From Bdellovibrionales bacterium (lineage in GTDB: Bacteria > Bdellovibrionota > UBA1018): a stretch of 64,000 nucleotides of DNA. Positions 17,831 to 27,711 of this stretch are shown here, piece after piece. The stretch lies in the NCBI GenBank assembly GCA_947380295.1, contig CANCQK010000008.1:67479-131478 (forward strand), read 5' to 3'. Position 1 is the stretch's first letter. Every line of letters begins with the position of its first letter. A program made the translations under genes and the position numbers. A model generated the notes under the pieces. The model was given only the letters and a program-made list of their open reading frames with translations. It was not told the origin of the DNA and made no database searches.

Positions 17831-19624
17831 TTAGTAACAGCCACCGTAATTTACATCCGCGTAGCAAGTTCGACCGTTCGCACCTGCTTTAAACCCACAG
17901 GAAGGCAGCTGGTCTCGATTAATAAAATCAGTGGTTGCATTAACTTTGCATGCCTGCTCGCCGGCAGTTCCCTGGTCGTAAAGTCCGCCAGGGGTACACT
18001 GAGCTGCGGCGTCGCAGCACGTTTCTTTTGTTTGTCTATAGTTCGCATACTTGCTCCAACCGGCAGGGCAATTCCAGTTGTTAGAATTATAATCACCATC
18101 CCAAGAGTCGTGGTTATTCCTGCCGGGCGCGCTGTCAACCGCATACTTACAAAATGGTGTCGACGGCCATGTTGAAGGTGCAGGGTTGGGTGCAGGCTGA
18201 TAAGTCCCAGGATTAGATGAGTAAGCACATTCTGCGTCATTTGTAATGGGGTGAAGAAAACAAACTCGAGAACCATCCAATGCATTGACCCAATTTGTGC
18301 CGTTACAAATGCAGGGCAGCTTGAGCTGGTCCACAGTGAGGTACCCTTTTCGATCCCCATTGCATTTTCTATTGATATCGTTAAAGTCCGTCGGATAAAA
18401 GCTTCCCGTCGCTCGAGAAAGGATAAGGCTGGATTGGGATCCGCTGAGTCGGACGCTCCCATTGACGACTAAACCCGCACTGGCATCTGTACTGGGCCAT
18501 GTTGGAGGCGACGGCGAGGCTCCGATCCATGAAATCCCGTTGTTGCCGATGAGGAAAAGGGGCGAAGGCGATGCTGCTAGTGCTGGGGGCGTCACTGGCG
18601 ACGGGGATGCTTCGACTCTTAGCGCAAAATTGCCCGCTGCCAGCTGTGAGGAAGATGTCAGTGCGACGGTCGCGTCGGAGCTGGACTGAGCGATGCTGAG
18701 CCGACTGATTCCTTTCAGGGGCGATGGACTTGGGCTGGGGGTGTAAGTGAATGTCCCTGTGAGTGAGACATTGCCTTGCACGCGGAACGAGCTAGGTGAT
18801 GGAATCGAGACAGGGCCGTAGAAATCGATTGTGTTGGGGTTGTATGGGTCTCCAAGTGCGATGGTTCCATCGTCCTTGATTTGGAATAGGGAGGCGCTGC
18901 TAGAGCTAGTGACTTTCAAGGAGGTACTCGCAGAGTTAATCCCACCTGAACCTTCTACATAGAGTTTAGGAAAGAGTGACCCTGTGGAAAGAGGGGATCC
19001 TCCCACTTGAACAAAGTGGCTCGTTCCACTGCGATTCACCGAGAAGTCAGGGGTTGCCGAGGGTGACGGAGATGGACCAATATTCAGCGAAAGAGTTGAA
19101 GAGCTCGCAGAAGTGGAAATTCCGCTCACCGTGTAAACGACAAAGTTGCCCGGATCTGAGGTTGAAAAAAGAATCTGAAATCCGCTTGAAAGTGAACTCG
19201 TCAGGTTTGATATGGGACCGCACTTAATATTGATGTCGGTTCGACCGCTTTGGATTGTGCATGAAGCCATGGGACTGAGCCTAGCGGCTGGCAATGCGGT
19301 ACCTAGAGCGTGTAGTCCCACGGAACTCACGGATAAAAGACGACTACCGGTGACGTTGAGCACAACGCCTCCGTTGATCGAGGAGGTGCTGTCTGTTCCC
19401 AGTGCAACGCTGCTAATGGTAGGTGAGGGTACTGGCGAGGGAGAGTATGAGCCTGCTGCGAATCCTTGGTTTGGATCAGCGTTGCTAGAGCCCGGTCCTG
19501 ATGTCAGACCTCCGTAGGGAGCATTGAGCTGGCCGACCGTACTGGGGCTGAGGCTGCATGCATTGAGCCCGAGAGCGAATGCCACAAGGACAAAATGTGA
19601 TGACAGAATTTGACTCACCCTCAA
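17831..19624 (-). CDS. Secreted fibre-like protein, paralog 3, with the shared Cys motif and an extra Cys-rich C-terminal domain.
   Basis: 597 aa with a signal peptide and a Ser/Pro/Thr-rich body. An internal motif LKLPCICNGTNWVNALDGSRVCF matches the C-termini of paralogs 1 and 2. It is followed by a roughly 150-aa domain carrying 12 Cys (…CKYAVDS…NWNCPAGW…CCDAAAQC…CGFKAGANGRTCYADVNYGGCY). Confidence 0.5.
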   Translation of the reverse strand: MRVSQILSSHFVLVAFALGLNACSLSPSTVGQLNAPYGGLTSGPGSSNADPNQGFAAGSYSPSPVPSPTISSVALGTDSTSSINGGVVLNVTGSRLLSVSSVGLHALGTALPAARLSPMASCTIQSGRTDINIKCGPISNLTSSLSSGFQILFSTSDPGNFVVYTVSGISTSASSSTLSLNIGPSPSPSATPDFSVNRSGTSHFVQVGGSPLSTGSLFPKLYVEGSGGINSASTSLKVTSSSSASLFQIKDDGTIALGDPYNPNTIDFYGPVSIPSPSSFRVQGNVSLTGTFTYTPSPSPSPLKGISRLSIAQSSSDATVALTSSSQLAAGNFALRVEASPSPVTPPALAASPSPLFLIGNNGISWIGASPSPPTWPSTDASAGLVVNGSVRLSGSQSSLILSRATGSFYPTDFNDINRKCNGDRKGYLTVDQLKLPCICNGTNWVNALDGSRVCFLHPITNDAECAYSSNPGTYQPAPNPAPSTWPSTPFCKYAVDSAPGRNNHDSWDGDYNSNNWNCPAGWSKYANYRQTKETCCDAAAQCTPGGLYDQGTAGEQACKVNATTDFINRDQLPSCGFKAGANGRTCYADVNYGGCY

Positions 19625-19951
19625 GACGAATACCCCCGCTTGGTTTATTACATACTACTGAGGGTATCGGAATATTTTTGCGCAGTCTAAATGTGTCAAA
19701 TTCGACTCATGTCTATTGGCTTATAATCGAGTTGACTCAGGTAAAAGCTTACCGAATTGTTAATTTTGGAATTTTTTTCAAAGTAAGATTTTTTGATTTT
19801 TGGCCTGGAAACTAACGCAAATCTTACCTGAAAATGGAAGTGACAAAACAAGCCACTGAATTAAGGAGGAAAACATGAGCTACCAGGCAAGGACCTGATC
19901 CAAAATGCCATGGTTGCCATGGGGCTCCGTCCCCATCTACTTTCCCCCCAT

Positions 19952-20938
19952 CTACTTTCCCTCTTTCTCGATAGGGTAGAGCTTTTCTATAATTATTCTG
20001 GCGAGGTTGCGGTTCAGGGTGTGCTCCATCAATGTGATCAAGCCAGGGCTAGAAAAATTAAAATCAGTGACCCAGTTCTCAATTAAATCCACTGCTGCGA
20101 GGCGAATTTGATGGGCTCGGAGGTGTTTTCCGATCTGACGTGCTATTTGAGTCTGTTTTAGGCTGAGTTTTGTTGGCGCAAGGCGGCTCCCACGGTCGAT
20201 ATTGACTCGAAAATCCCCTGGGAGGGGGAGCTTTTTTACCGTAGCGAGGAGTCGTCCGTCCAAAAACCAGAGCCGAGTTTCACCAGTTTCGATGGCTTTT
20301 AGATAACGTTGTAGCAAGACCGGGACTGAGTAGTTTTGAGAAGCTTCTTGGATTTTATGTTGAGCGTCTTTAAGTCCTGGAGTGGTAGAGAAATCGAGGA
20401 GGTGGATGCCGTGACTTTGTGCGTCATGAAGGGGTTTGAGAACAGCTTTTCCTTCTTTCTTTCCAAACTGAACAAGGTGATTCCATTGAGAACTCACGAT
20501 ACTGGGTGGCAAAAGTTTTCCTAGGGTGGATGCCTCGAATTTTTCGTTGAGACTAAATAGGATTCGGGATGGATTAATGAGCTTTTCGGATTTTGAGTCG
20601 GCAAGTGACAGGTGCAAAAGCTGGAGGGGATGCAGATAGGCGAGGTCAATCGGAGGATCAGTTCGGTAGTGAATTGAAGTAAAATCGCTTGGCTTTATAG
20701 CTCGCTCAGCTGTGAATCGAAATGCCTCTGTGGTTCGAGTAGGGTCGATCTTCAGTACTTTTTTGGCATCGACGAGGACGTGAGCACCCTCGAGTCGGAT
20801 CGAGCGAACATCACACCACCATTGCTCAAGTTTGGCTAATTGGGCTTCCTCCATCAGTCGGAGGGTCGTATCACGGGCGTGATCCAAAGTTTCCCAGGGG
20901 TCAGTGATCCACAAGATCCGATGTATTTTTTTAACCAT
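19952..20938 (-). CDS. ATP-grasp protein resembling prokaryotic glutathione synthetase (GshB/RimK-like).
   Basis: The N-terminal domain pattern ILWITDPWETLDHARDTTLRLMEEAQ resembles the GshB N-domain (DP-x-x-x-x-x-x-D-s-t-x-x-L-M-x-E-A-Q). At 328 aa the size is right for GshB. Confidence 0.5.
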   Translation of the reverse strand: MVKKIHRILWITDPWETLDHARDTTLRLMEEAQLAKLEQWWCDVRSIRLEGAHVLVDAKKVLKIDPTRTTEAFRFTAERAIKPSDFTSIHYRTDPPIDLAYLHPLQLLHLSLADSKSEKLINPSRILFSLNEKFEASTLGKLLPPSIVSSQWNHLVQFGKKEGKAVLKPLHDAQSHGIHLLDFSTTPGLKDAQHKIQEASQNYSVPVLLQRYLKAIETGETRLWFLDGRLLATVKKLPLPGDFRVNIDRGSRLAPTKLSLKQTQIARQIGKHLRAHQIRLAAVDLIENWVTDFNFSSPGLITLMEHTLNRNLARIIIEKLYPIEKEGK

Positions 20939-20972
20939 GCCTCCCGATCATAACCTCGGAAAGAAACGGAAT

Positions 20973-21854
20973 CTAGTTCGAGATTTGGAGTTTTCGAATC
21001 ACTTCCTCTGCAATTTGACAGAGGACCTGAGCACGTTCTCCCCAATGAGTTGCTAGTCGTTGACTTGCTGCGGTCAGTTGCTCCAAGGTGCGTTGTCGCG
21101 CTTGTTCGGGCGATAAAAAGAAGAGTACGCTCGTAGGCTCGGGTTGAAAAGTTCCGGGAGCTGCTTCTTTGAGGTCTTCCAGGTCGTCTGCTACTTGAAA
21201 AGCAAGACCGAGTTGGTCTGCAAAGATCAGGATTGATTGACCTTCTGCGCTGCTATCAGGAATACCTGCCAAATCTTTTGGAATCAGCAACGAGGCAATG
21301 AAAAGTGCACCCGTTTTTTGCCGGTGCATTTGATGGAGCTGTTCAATCGAGGAGTCTTTTGAGAGGTCTCCCTCAGCAGCTTGGCCTCCGGTCACGCCGC
21401 GAGGGCCCGAAGCCCAAGCCAGTCGTTTGAGTCCGTGTTTGAGGTGCGGCATCTCGACGGGTGAGTCGAGAAATACATCGAAAGCCAGAGCAATCAGGGA
21501 GTCACCCGCAAGAAGCGCAGTACTTTCACCAAATTTTTTGTGATTGGAGGGGAGTCCTCGTCGAAAATCATCGTCGTCCATGCACGGCAGATCGTCGTGA
21601 ATCAGTGTGAAGCAATGAATCATTTCAATGGCGATCGCAGCCGGAAGGACTTGCTGCGACGGAAGTCCTAACATCTCTGCACAAGCCAAAAGGAGGCGTG
21701 GGCGAATTTTCTTACCCGGTGCTAGGAGTGAATACCGAATCGCCTCTTGGAGGGCCTTGGGGGTTGTACCATCAACGCCCATTAAAAATCGGTCAAGTGT
21801 CTCGGTCAGAACTGAATCAAATTCACTATTAAAACTCTGGGTTTGAACCTTCAT
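20973..21854 (-). CDS. Polyprenyl diphosphate synthase (FPP/GGPP synthase, IspA-like).
   Basis: The first aspartate-rich motif is LIHDDLPCMDDDDFRRG and the second is FQVADDLED. Its start codon abuts the gspN stop. Confidence 0.85.
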   Translation of the reverse strand: MKVQTQSFNSEFDSVLTETLDRFLMGVDGTTPKALQEAIRYSLLAPGKKIRPRLLLACAEMLGLPSQQVLPAAIAIEMIHCFTLIHDDLPCMDDDDFRRGLPSNHKKFGESTALLAGDSLIALAFDVFLDSPVEMPHLKHGLKRLAWASGPRGVTGGQAAEGDLSKDSSIEQLHQMHRQKTGALFIASLLIPKDLAGIPDSSAEGQSILIFADQLGLAFQVADDLEDLKEAAPGTFQPEPTSVLFFLSPEQARQRTLEQLTAASQRLATHWGERAQVLCQIAEEVIRKLQISN

Positions 21855-22771
21855 TAACTTCCTCCGCCAGGAGTCCAGGGTTGAGCGTTGGGTTGAGCCA
21901 CCGACCCGGTGATCATGTATGCATAGCTACCATCAGCTTGTTTTCCTGGACCTAGTATTACATCCAGTAGCATAAAGGACTTTAGAATGTTTTCAGAAAA
22001 TTTGAAATGAGCTTTCACGTTCAAAGTGCTCATTTCGAACGTTTTTCCCAGGGTGATTTCTCCAGTGATGGTAGCAGTTAAATCATCTCCAGAGGCTCCT
22101 GTGCCGGACGGTTTACCGATCTTGACCGTCGTAAGTTTAGCTTTACCTTTTTGGATAGTGGACTGGATGAGGGCCTCGGAAACGCTTAGTTTTGGTAGCG
22201 CGAATCCAGCGATGGTTTGAGGTTCGAGTAAAATTTTAGACAGTCTGAGGTTAATCGTTCCATCGGTTTCATTCAATGCTTGCAGGTCGGTTGAAACCGA
22301 TCCATCTCCTTCTAGAATTGAAGACCCTTGAATTCCTGCAAACAGGGGTAAAATGCCTAATCGCCCGAGATCAAACTGATCAGATTGGAACGAAGCGGAT
22401 AGAGAATTGCTTCGATTTGAAAATGAAGTTTTGAATTTGCCTGAACCTTCTTTGATCTGAATATCAGCTCCCCAACGTCCCATGAACAGGGGGAGGAACC
22501 GAGGCGAAACGCTGATTTGATCGACCCGTGCGGCGTCTGCAGGGTGAGGGAGAGTTAACGTCACTTTTTTCAGGTCGTAAGAGGGGAGTAGGAAAAATGA
22601 AAGATCTTCCTCACTGGCAGAGAAGCTGGCTCCTTGCGCTGCCAAAGCGTCGGCGATCAGAGTGTGGAGCGAATCCTTAATCGGCTCCCGTGGGAGCTTG
22701 AGGATCGTAAAAAATATGAGGCAGACCAATCCAAAAAGAAACCAACTAGCGCGTTTTAACTTAGAACTCAT
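21854..22771 (-). CDS. gspN: Type II secretion system protein N-like (last gene of the gsp operon).
   Basis: N-terminal TM helix (SWFLFGLVCLIFFTI) and periplasmic body. Its position directly after gspM fits the canonical gene order. Start trimmed to ATG 22771. Confidence 0.45.
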   Translation of the reverse strand: MSSKLKRASWFLFGLVCLIFFTILKLPREPIKDSLHTLIADALAAQGASFSASEEDLSFFLLPSYDLKKVTLTLPHPADAARVDQISVSPRFLPLFMGRWGADIQIKEGSGKFKTSFSNRSNSLSASFQSDQFDLGRLGILPLFAGIQGSSILEGDGSVSTDLQALNETDGTINLRLSKILLEPQTIAGFALPKLSVSEALIQSTIQKGKAKLTTVKIGKPSGTGASGDDLTATITGEITLGKTFEMSTLNVKAHFKFSENILKSFMLLDVILGPGKQADGSYAYMITGSVAQPNAQPWTPGGGS

Positions 22772-22784
22772 TTCATAACTCCTC

Positions 22785-23423
22785 TTAAGGGGATTGCGTT
22801 GGAGTAAAGCCCGACAGAGATAGGGTTGCATCGAGATATCCTGATCCATCAGATTGAGCTTCAACTGATAGATTACGTACCTTAATTGGACGGCTCCCCG
22901 TTTCGAGTGTCTTGATTAAAAGGGTGAGTTTCTTGATGTTCACATGCTTCACCTTCAGGTCGATTAGGGTTTCTTTCGCGCTATCCGAGGATTGGCCAGC
23001 TTTTTCGGCGAGTAGGCTGAGATTCGCAGGTTCAATTCCAGAGCTAGTTGCGGAACTTTCAAAGTAGGAAAGCCAAGGCGCAGTTTCTGGCTTACTTCCA
23101 GCGGCTCCTGCTCCGGCTGCGGGCATGAGATCCTTGAGTCGACGAATCTCGTCGTTGGCTCCTCGGATAAAGTTAACCAGGCTGTTTTTATCCTCAAGTT
23201 CAGTTTTTAAGCTGTGCGTAGACCAAACTGAGCTGAGCAGCGTAAAAAATACTGACAACAGTGCAAAAGTACCGAGTCCTAATTTAATGTAGGTTTTGGT
23301 TTGTGGTTCGAGTTCGTCCCACTTAGCGCGAGCTTCTTGGTACCACTGCTGGTCATTGAGCCATTCTGAGGCCGTACGGGACCAATCAGTCAATTTTTCG
23401 GCCAGGGTTTGATTACTTTCCAT
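22785..23423 (-). CDS. gspM: Type II secretion system protein M.
   Basis: Short cytoplasmic N-terminus, a single TM (LGLGTFALLSVFFTLLSSVW) and a periplasmic domain. Position between gspL and gspN. Confidence 0.55.
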   Translation of the reverse strand: MESNQTLAEKLTDWSRTASEWLNDQQWYQEARAKWDELEPQTKTYIKLGLGTFALLSVFFTLLSSVWSTHSLKTELEDKNSLVNFIRGANDEIRRLKDLMPAAGAGAAGSKPETAPWLSYFESSATSSGIEPANLSLLAEKAGQSSDSAKETLIDLKVKHVNIKKLTLLIKTLETGSRPIKVRNLSVEAQSDGSGYLDATLSLSGFTPTQSP

Positions 23424-25068
23424 AGGCGTCCTCGGTTGGAGTTCCAGAATAACTTACTCTCCATTTTTTTACTTCAGAACCGGCAGGAGTGAATTCTTCC
23501 AAATCTCCACGTTTAATTGGATTCATTTTTCGGCTTAAAATCGATGTGAGTCGCTCAGCGACCTGAGGATTCGCGATCGTGAAGGTGAGCTGGGTTGAGT
23601 TCAGGGCATCCGTCTTTGTGTACGAATCAGTGGAGGATACCCCCACTTGAAACTTGTCCAGGTCGACGACTAAATCCTTTGGAATTGCCATCGAAATCTG
23701 ATTGAGAAATGCAGCTGGGGATTTTGGATTAGGCCCAAAAAGTCGCGACAAATCCCTCTGTTTAGTGAGTTCTTTGTTGAGCGCTAATTTCAGCTTTTTT
23801 GGCTCTGCTAAATAGCCCTTAAGCGTTGCGCTGGTAATCTGTCCGAAAAAACTCTTAATGCTCTTTTCAAGTACTGTGTTCGTAGTTTGAAGTCGAGAGT
23901 CGTAGACAAAAGACTGAATACTGACGCTTAGGATTAAACTCGCAGTCATTGCAGCGAGTGACATGGCAGGCTTTTTCAAGATTTTAAAATCAATCTTTTG
24001 AACAATAGAAACTTTTGCGAACTCGCCGTGTCTAAAGTTAATACAGGCATTACGAGCCTGTCCTACCAGGCAAAGTGCCATGGATGCAGCGAGGATGAAT
24101 TTGCTGTCAGTTTGCTCGGAGTAGGTGATGCCTGAGGTGGCAGTTGCGCTCAAGGCAGGGAGTTTCTGAGTAGGAATATTGAACTGCTGCGAAATCCAGG
24201 GTCCCAATCCGGGCAGCAGGGAGGTCCCCCCTGAGAGGTAGATTTTTAGAATCGACTTGCGAGTGTAGTTTCTCGAGGTCAGGTTAATGTGTCGCAGCTC
24301 ATTGATAAAAGGCTCGAACGCAGCTTTTAAGCACTCGGAGAGTTCAGCTTGCTCCGGGGGTAATTCGCCGGTCTCAGCTCCGCTCTGAATCATGCCTTGA
24401 TTGATCTGCGTCACTTCTGCCTGTTCAATGGGGACGTTGAACTTTTGACTGATCGCTAACGTGAGATCTCGGCCACCAAACGAGAAGTCTCTGATCATGG
24501 CAGGTGCTCCATGCCAGTGAAGATAAAACGTTGTTCGAAAATGGCCAATTTGAATTAATAGGGTCGGACCTTCCTTTTCGGGGTCGCTCAGAACCTGGTT
24601 CATTAAAGTGCGATAGGCCCAGGCTTCTGTTGTAATGACATCAGGCTCGATCGAGGTCTGAGTCCAAGGCTGGATCGCAGATCGAATTTGATCTTTGAGG
24701 GTGGCGGCGATATGGACTAGGCTGCCACCCTTAGTCTGTGTTAGTGGGACAAATTGGTAGGCCGAATTTTCAATCGCGAAAGGGAGTTCGTCTTCAAGTT
24801 CATAGGCTACGCTCGCCTGAATGGCCTTCTTGTCGCGCGTCGGCATTTGAATGTTGCGAAAAGTGAACTGTGGACTAGCTAGAGCCACGACGACTCGATC
24901 CGGCTTCCGGGAGCGATTGCTGATCCAGTTCGCTACCGTCTGAGCGGGGGTGCCCTGAGGATCATGTGAGATTTCGTGGTAGTCGTGGATCTCAAACCGA
25001 CCAAAGGCGCTATCGATCTCCACGAACTTAATACTTGAATTGCCTAAATCGACTCCTAAGATTCTCAT
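23413..25068 (-). CDS. gspL: Type II secretion system protein L (actin-like cytoplasmic domain, TM helix, periplasmic domain).
   Basis: The N-terminus MRILGVDLGNSSIKFVEI matches the GspL/PilM actin-like fold. A central TM helix is present. Gene order. Confidence 0.65.
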   Translation of the reverse strand: MRILGVDLGNSSIKFVEIDSAFGRFEIHDYHEISHDPQGTPAQTVANWISNRSRKPDRVVVALASPQFTFRNIQMPTRDKKAIQASVAYELEDELPFAIENSAYQFVPLTQTKGGSLVHIAATLKDQIRSAIQPWTQTSIEPDVITTEAWAYRTLMNQVLSDPEKEGPTLLIQIGHFRTTFYLHWHGAPAMIRDFSFGGRDLTLAISQKFNVPIEQAEVTQINQGMIQSGAETGELPPEQAELSECLKAAFEPFINELRHINLTSRNYTRKSILKIYLSGGTSLLPGLGPWISQQFNIPTQKLPALSATATSGITYSEQTDSKFILAASMALCLVGQARNACINFRHGEFAKVSIVQKIDFKILKKPAMSLAAMTASLILSVSIQSFVYDSRLQTTNTVLEKSIKSFFGQITSATLKGYLAEPKKLKLALNKELTKQRDLSRLFGPNPKSPAAFLNQISMAIPKDLVVDLDKFQVGVSSTDSYTKTDALNSTQLTFTIANPQVAERLTSILSRKMNPIKRGDLEEFTPAGSEVKKWRVSYSGTPTEDAYGK

Positions 25069-25078
25069 TTCTGCGCTC

Positions 25079-26362
25079 CTAATCGATTCTCATAAAATAA
25101 ATAGTCAGGCCAGAATCAGGTAGTGTACTCGGACCTTGGGGGTTAAGTTGAGTTTGGTCAAGTGCAAGATTAGTGGACGATTTATCTGCTAACCTGACCC
25201 ACGCCCGGATGGTCCGAGTGGCTGAGTTGACTGTAGCTTGCACTGTAATTTTAAAAACACTTTCATCGGTGATGATCGAGATGTTCTTCTTTTTGATCGA
25301 ATCTTTGAGTTCAGTGAGGCCCCGGTCATTGCCCTTGTAGGCTGCGACGAATTTCGAGATGTAGGTGAAAAAATCATCGGCTTTTTTGAATGTATTATCG
25401 GCCGCGTCTGAATCTCGGTTTTTAAAGAACTCGTCTGCCTCTTCCTTGGTCATTCCAGGGACTAAAGACCGCAGTACAGGTTCTTTAATATGATTAACGT
25501 TAATTTCATTCGCTAAGTAGCCTGTGGTGAATTGAGGGGAGAGGAGTTGATAGAGTTCGTCATCCATCATAGATAGGTTATGAAGTTCAGCCACGGAGTA
25601 AAAGGGGGCTCGCTTCATCGGAACCGTATCTCGTGATGGAGCGGTTCTTCTCTCGTACTTACGATCGGCCCAGGCAGCCATCTGATCGACGAGTTCGGGA
25701 ACTCGGAAATCTCGATAGATCGCCCCAAAGTCAGGATCTGACTGAGACTTTTGATAGATGATTTGATGAATGGTTTCTTCCATTGCCGTGCGGGCGGCCT
25801 GAGGATCGGCCTGAGCTGGTATCTTGTTGGGATCTCCTAGCGGTGGAGGTGGCGGTGACGCCGATGGCGATGTTGAAGGCCCAAAGCCCGGAATTAAAGA
25901 GTTCAGGTTATACTTGGTGGATTCGGATTCAATCGTCGCTGACATTTTGCCCTCGAGACCTGATTCTTTTTCGAATTTTTTTATAATATCTCGATCGCCA
26001 ATCGACATTCCCGGAATATTCGTTGGGAAAGGATAATAAAATGGAAAGCTCCATAGCTTTTCAAGTGCAGCCTTGGGGATCATGCCCTGACCCGTTTTGC
26101 CACCTAATGATGCAAGATTTAAGGCTTGTTTGTAGTACTTGAGTCTCAGGAGTGAGAGCTTTAAACCACTCTTAGCCAGGTAGTGAGCTTGAGCTTGATC
26201 CACGCCCCCATAGGAAATCGCCTGGCTCACTTGCGTGATGTAGACGAAGTCAGTCACTAACAGTGAAAGCACAGCAATCGAAGACATGACCATCATTAAG
26301 GCCATCCCCTGCGTGTCTCTGCCTAGTCGAGAGCCTTTTTTATTCGGTTGCTGGAATTCCAT
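25079..26362 (-). CDS. gspK: Type II secretion minor pseudopilin K.
   Basis: Basic leader followed by a hydrophobic segment (QGMALMMVMSSIAVLSLLVTDFVY). Large periplasmic domain. Gene order. The start is ambiguous between 26362 and 26305. Confidence 0.6.
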   Translation of the reverse strand: MEFQQPNKKGSRLGRDTQGMALMMVMSSIAVLSLLVTDFVYITQVSQAISYGGVDQAQAHYLAKSGLKLSLLRLKYYKQALNLASLGGKTGQGMIPKAALEKLWSFPFYYPFPTNIPGMSIGDRDIIKKFEKESGLEGKMSATIESESTKYNLNSLIPGFGPSTSPSASPPPPPLGDPNKIPAQADPQAARTAMEETIHQIIYQKSQSDPDFGAIYRDFRVPELVDQMAAWADRKYERRTAPSRDTVPMKRAPFYSVAELHNLSMMDDELYQLLSPQFTTGYLANEINVNHIKEPVLRSLVPGMTKEEADEFFKNRDSDAADNTFKKADDFFTYISKFVAAYKGNDRGLTELKDSIKKKNISIITDESVFKITVQATVNSATRTIRAWVRLADKSSTNLALDQTQLNPQGPSTLPDSGLTIYFMRID

Positions 26363-27152
26363 TGAATGGGATCTCCGGTCTAAATTTGTACTTGCCTTCG
26401 AACGACAGATTTTTTCCCCCCATGACCTCAATATCGATCACAATTAGGTCTGGAATTGAATATTTTGGCTGCTCCTGCTCGCTATCAAAACTTTTTAGAG
26501 TTCTCCACGTGTTTCCTTCTCGAAAAAGGTAGGAGAATGACAGTTTCTTTACCCCATGAAGTAGATCATAGGTCTGAACTAACTGGTCTTTGTCGTCTCG
26601 TGTGAATGCATTAGGGCTTTCCGTCTTAACTAAGACGGAGGTTCCTTTGGCTTGAGTGTCTTTGTCCTCTCGCTTGAGCTCATAGGAGATCTTCGCGAAT
26701 TCGGAACCCGGAGTATCCTTATAGATGCGACTGTAGGTGAGGGAAATAAACGAGAGTTTGCTATCTGTTCCGCTAAAGCGTGATGGTCTAAGTCCCGTCT
26801 CGTGGATGGCTGGAGACCAAAACAGATAGGGGCTTTGAAGGTCTTCGCCCGGCATGTTGGGAATCATCAGTGGAGGGGCATTGGGTTTGACGGTGCCCTT
26901 AGGGAGAAGAAGGGTAGGTGAATAGATGAGGGCGATATCCTTTTGTACAATCGACATAGCAAGTCGGATCGTGTTGTAAAAAGTGCCTTCGGCAGCGAGC
27001 GTATCCCGAAGTTTAAATGTTTCTACGGTAGCTTGATAAATTCCAAGACTAATGAAAGCCATGATGGCCATAGCGACAACCACTTCAAGAAGGGTAAATC
27101 CCCCTGCACCGCCAGGAGGAGTGGTGTCGAGACGGCTTTGAGATCCGGACAT
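26340..27152 (-). CDS. gspJ: Type II secretion minor pseudopilin J.
   Basis: Prepilin-type N-terminus GGFTLLEVVVAMAIMAFISLGIY. The start is trimmed to ATG 27152 so that a short leader precedes the G-F-T-L-L-E cleavage motif. Confidence 0.65.
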   Translation of the reverse strand: MSGSQSRLDTTPPGGAGGFTLLEVVVAMAIMAFISLGIYQATVETFKLRDTLAAEGTFYNTIRLAMSIVQKDIALIYSPTLLLPKGTVKPNAPPLMIPNMPGEDLQSPYLFWSPAIHETGLRPSRFSGTDSKLSFISLTYSRIYKDTPGSEFAKISYELKREDKDTQAKGTSVLVKTESPNAFTRDDKDQLVQTYDLLHGVKKLSFSYLFREGNTWRTLKSFDSEQEQPKYSIPDLIVIDIEVMGGKNLSFEGKYKFRPEIPFNGIPATE

Positions 27153-27165
27153 GCCGTTCTCTGTG

Positions 27166-27711
27166 CTATTGGCCGGTGAGTGAAATTTCATGATTGAGGT
27201 TGACCCAAAATGTTGAGAGAGCAAAACTCTTTTCTTTCGCTCCTTGTTTCCAAAAAACGGTGACTGAGACTTGCCTGATGGCTTTAGAGAGGTTGCTACT
27301 GATGACTTGATTGATCATGTCACCTCCCGGGGCAGATCCACCTCCGGTAGTCTCTTTTCCTTCTCCGGAGCTTCCCCCAGCCATTCCCATGAAATTGGGG
27401 ATGGAAAGTTCTTTAATCTTAGTTTGCCATCGATAATCTTGATAAGGGGACTCGAAAGTTCCAGACTTCTCTTTCGGGATCTCGTCAAAGGTTTTACCCT
27501 GAATTGCAAATTCAGTTTCGACCATCTGATTTTTAGCTAACATTCCAACAATATTCATCTGCTTGGCACGAGTCGTTGCATTAATGCTGCCGCTTTCAAT
27601 CGCCAGGATCGAGGCAAAGGCGAGGGTCATGATAGCCAAAGCAAACACGACCTCAACAATCGTGAATCCTGAGTTCGGCAGCAAGGGTGCGGAAAGTCGC
27701 TTAACGCCCAA
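27166..27711 (-). CDS. gspI: Type II secretion minor pseudopilin I.
   Basis: Prepilin N-terminus SGFTIVEVVFALAIMTLAFASILAIE. Confidence 0.65.
   Translation of the reverse strand: MGVKRLSAPLLPNSGFTIVEVVFALAIMTLAFASILAIESGSINATTRAKQMNIVGMLAKNQMVETEFAIQGKTFDEIPKEKSGTFESPYQDYRWQTKIKELSIPNFMGMAGGSSGEGKETTGGGSAPGGDMINQVISSNLSKAIRQVSVTVFWKQGAKEKSFALSTFWVNLNHEISLTGQ

Noticed and set aside
17851-18462. 203-aa minus-strand ORF overlapping fibre-like paralog 3 in another frame.
   Set aside because: It is an alternative frame of the low-complexity region of the 597-aa gene. It has no start context and no motifs, whereas the 597-aa frame carries a signal peptide and the conserved Cys motif.
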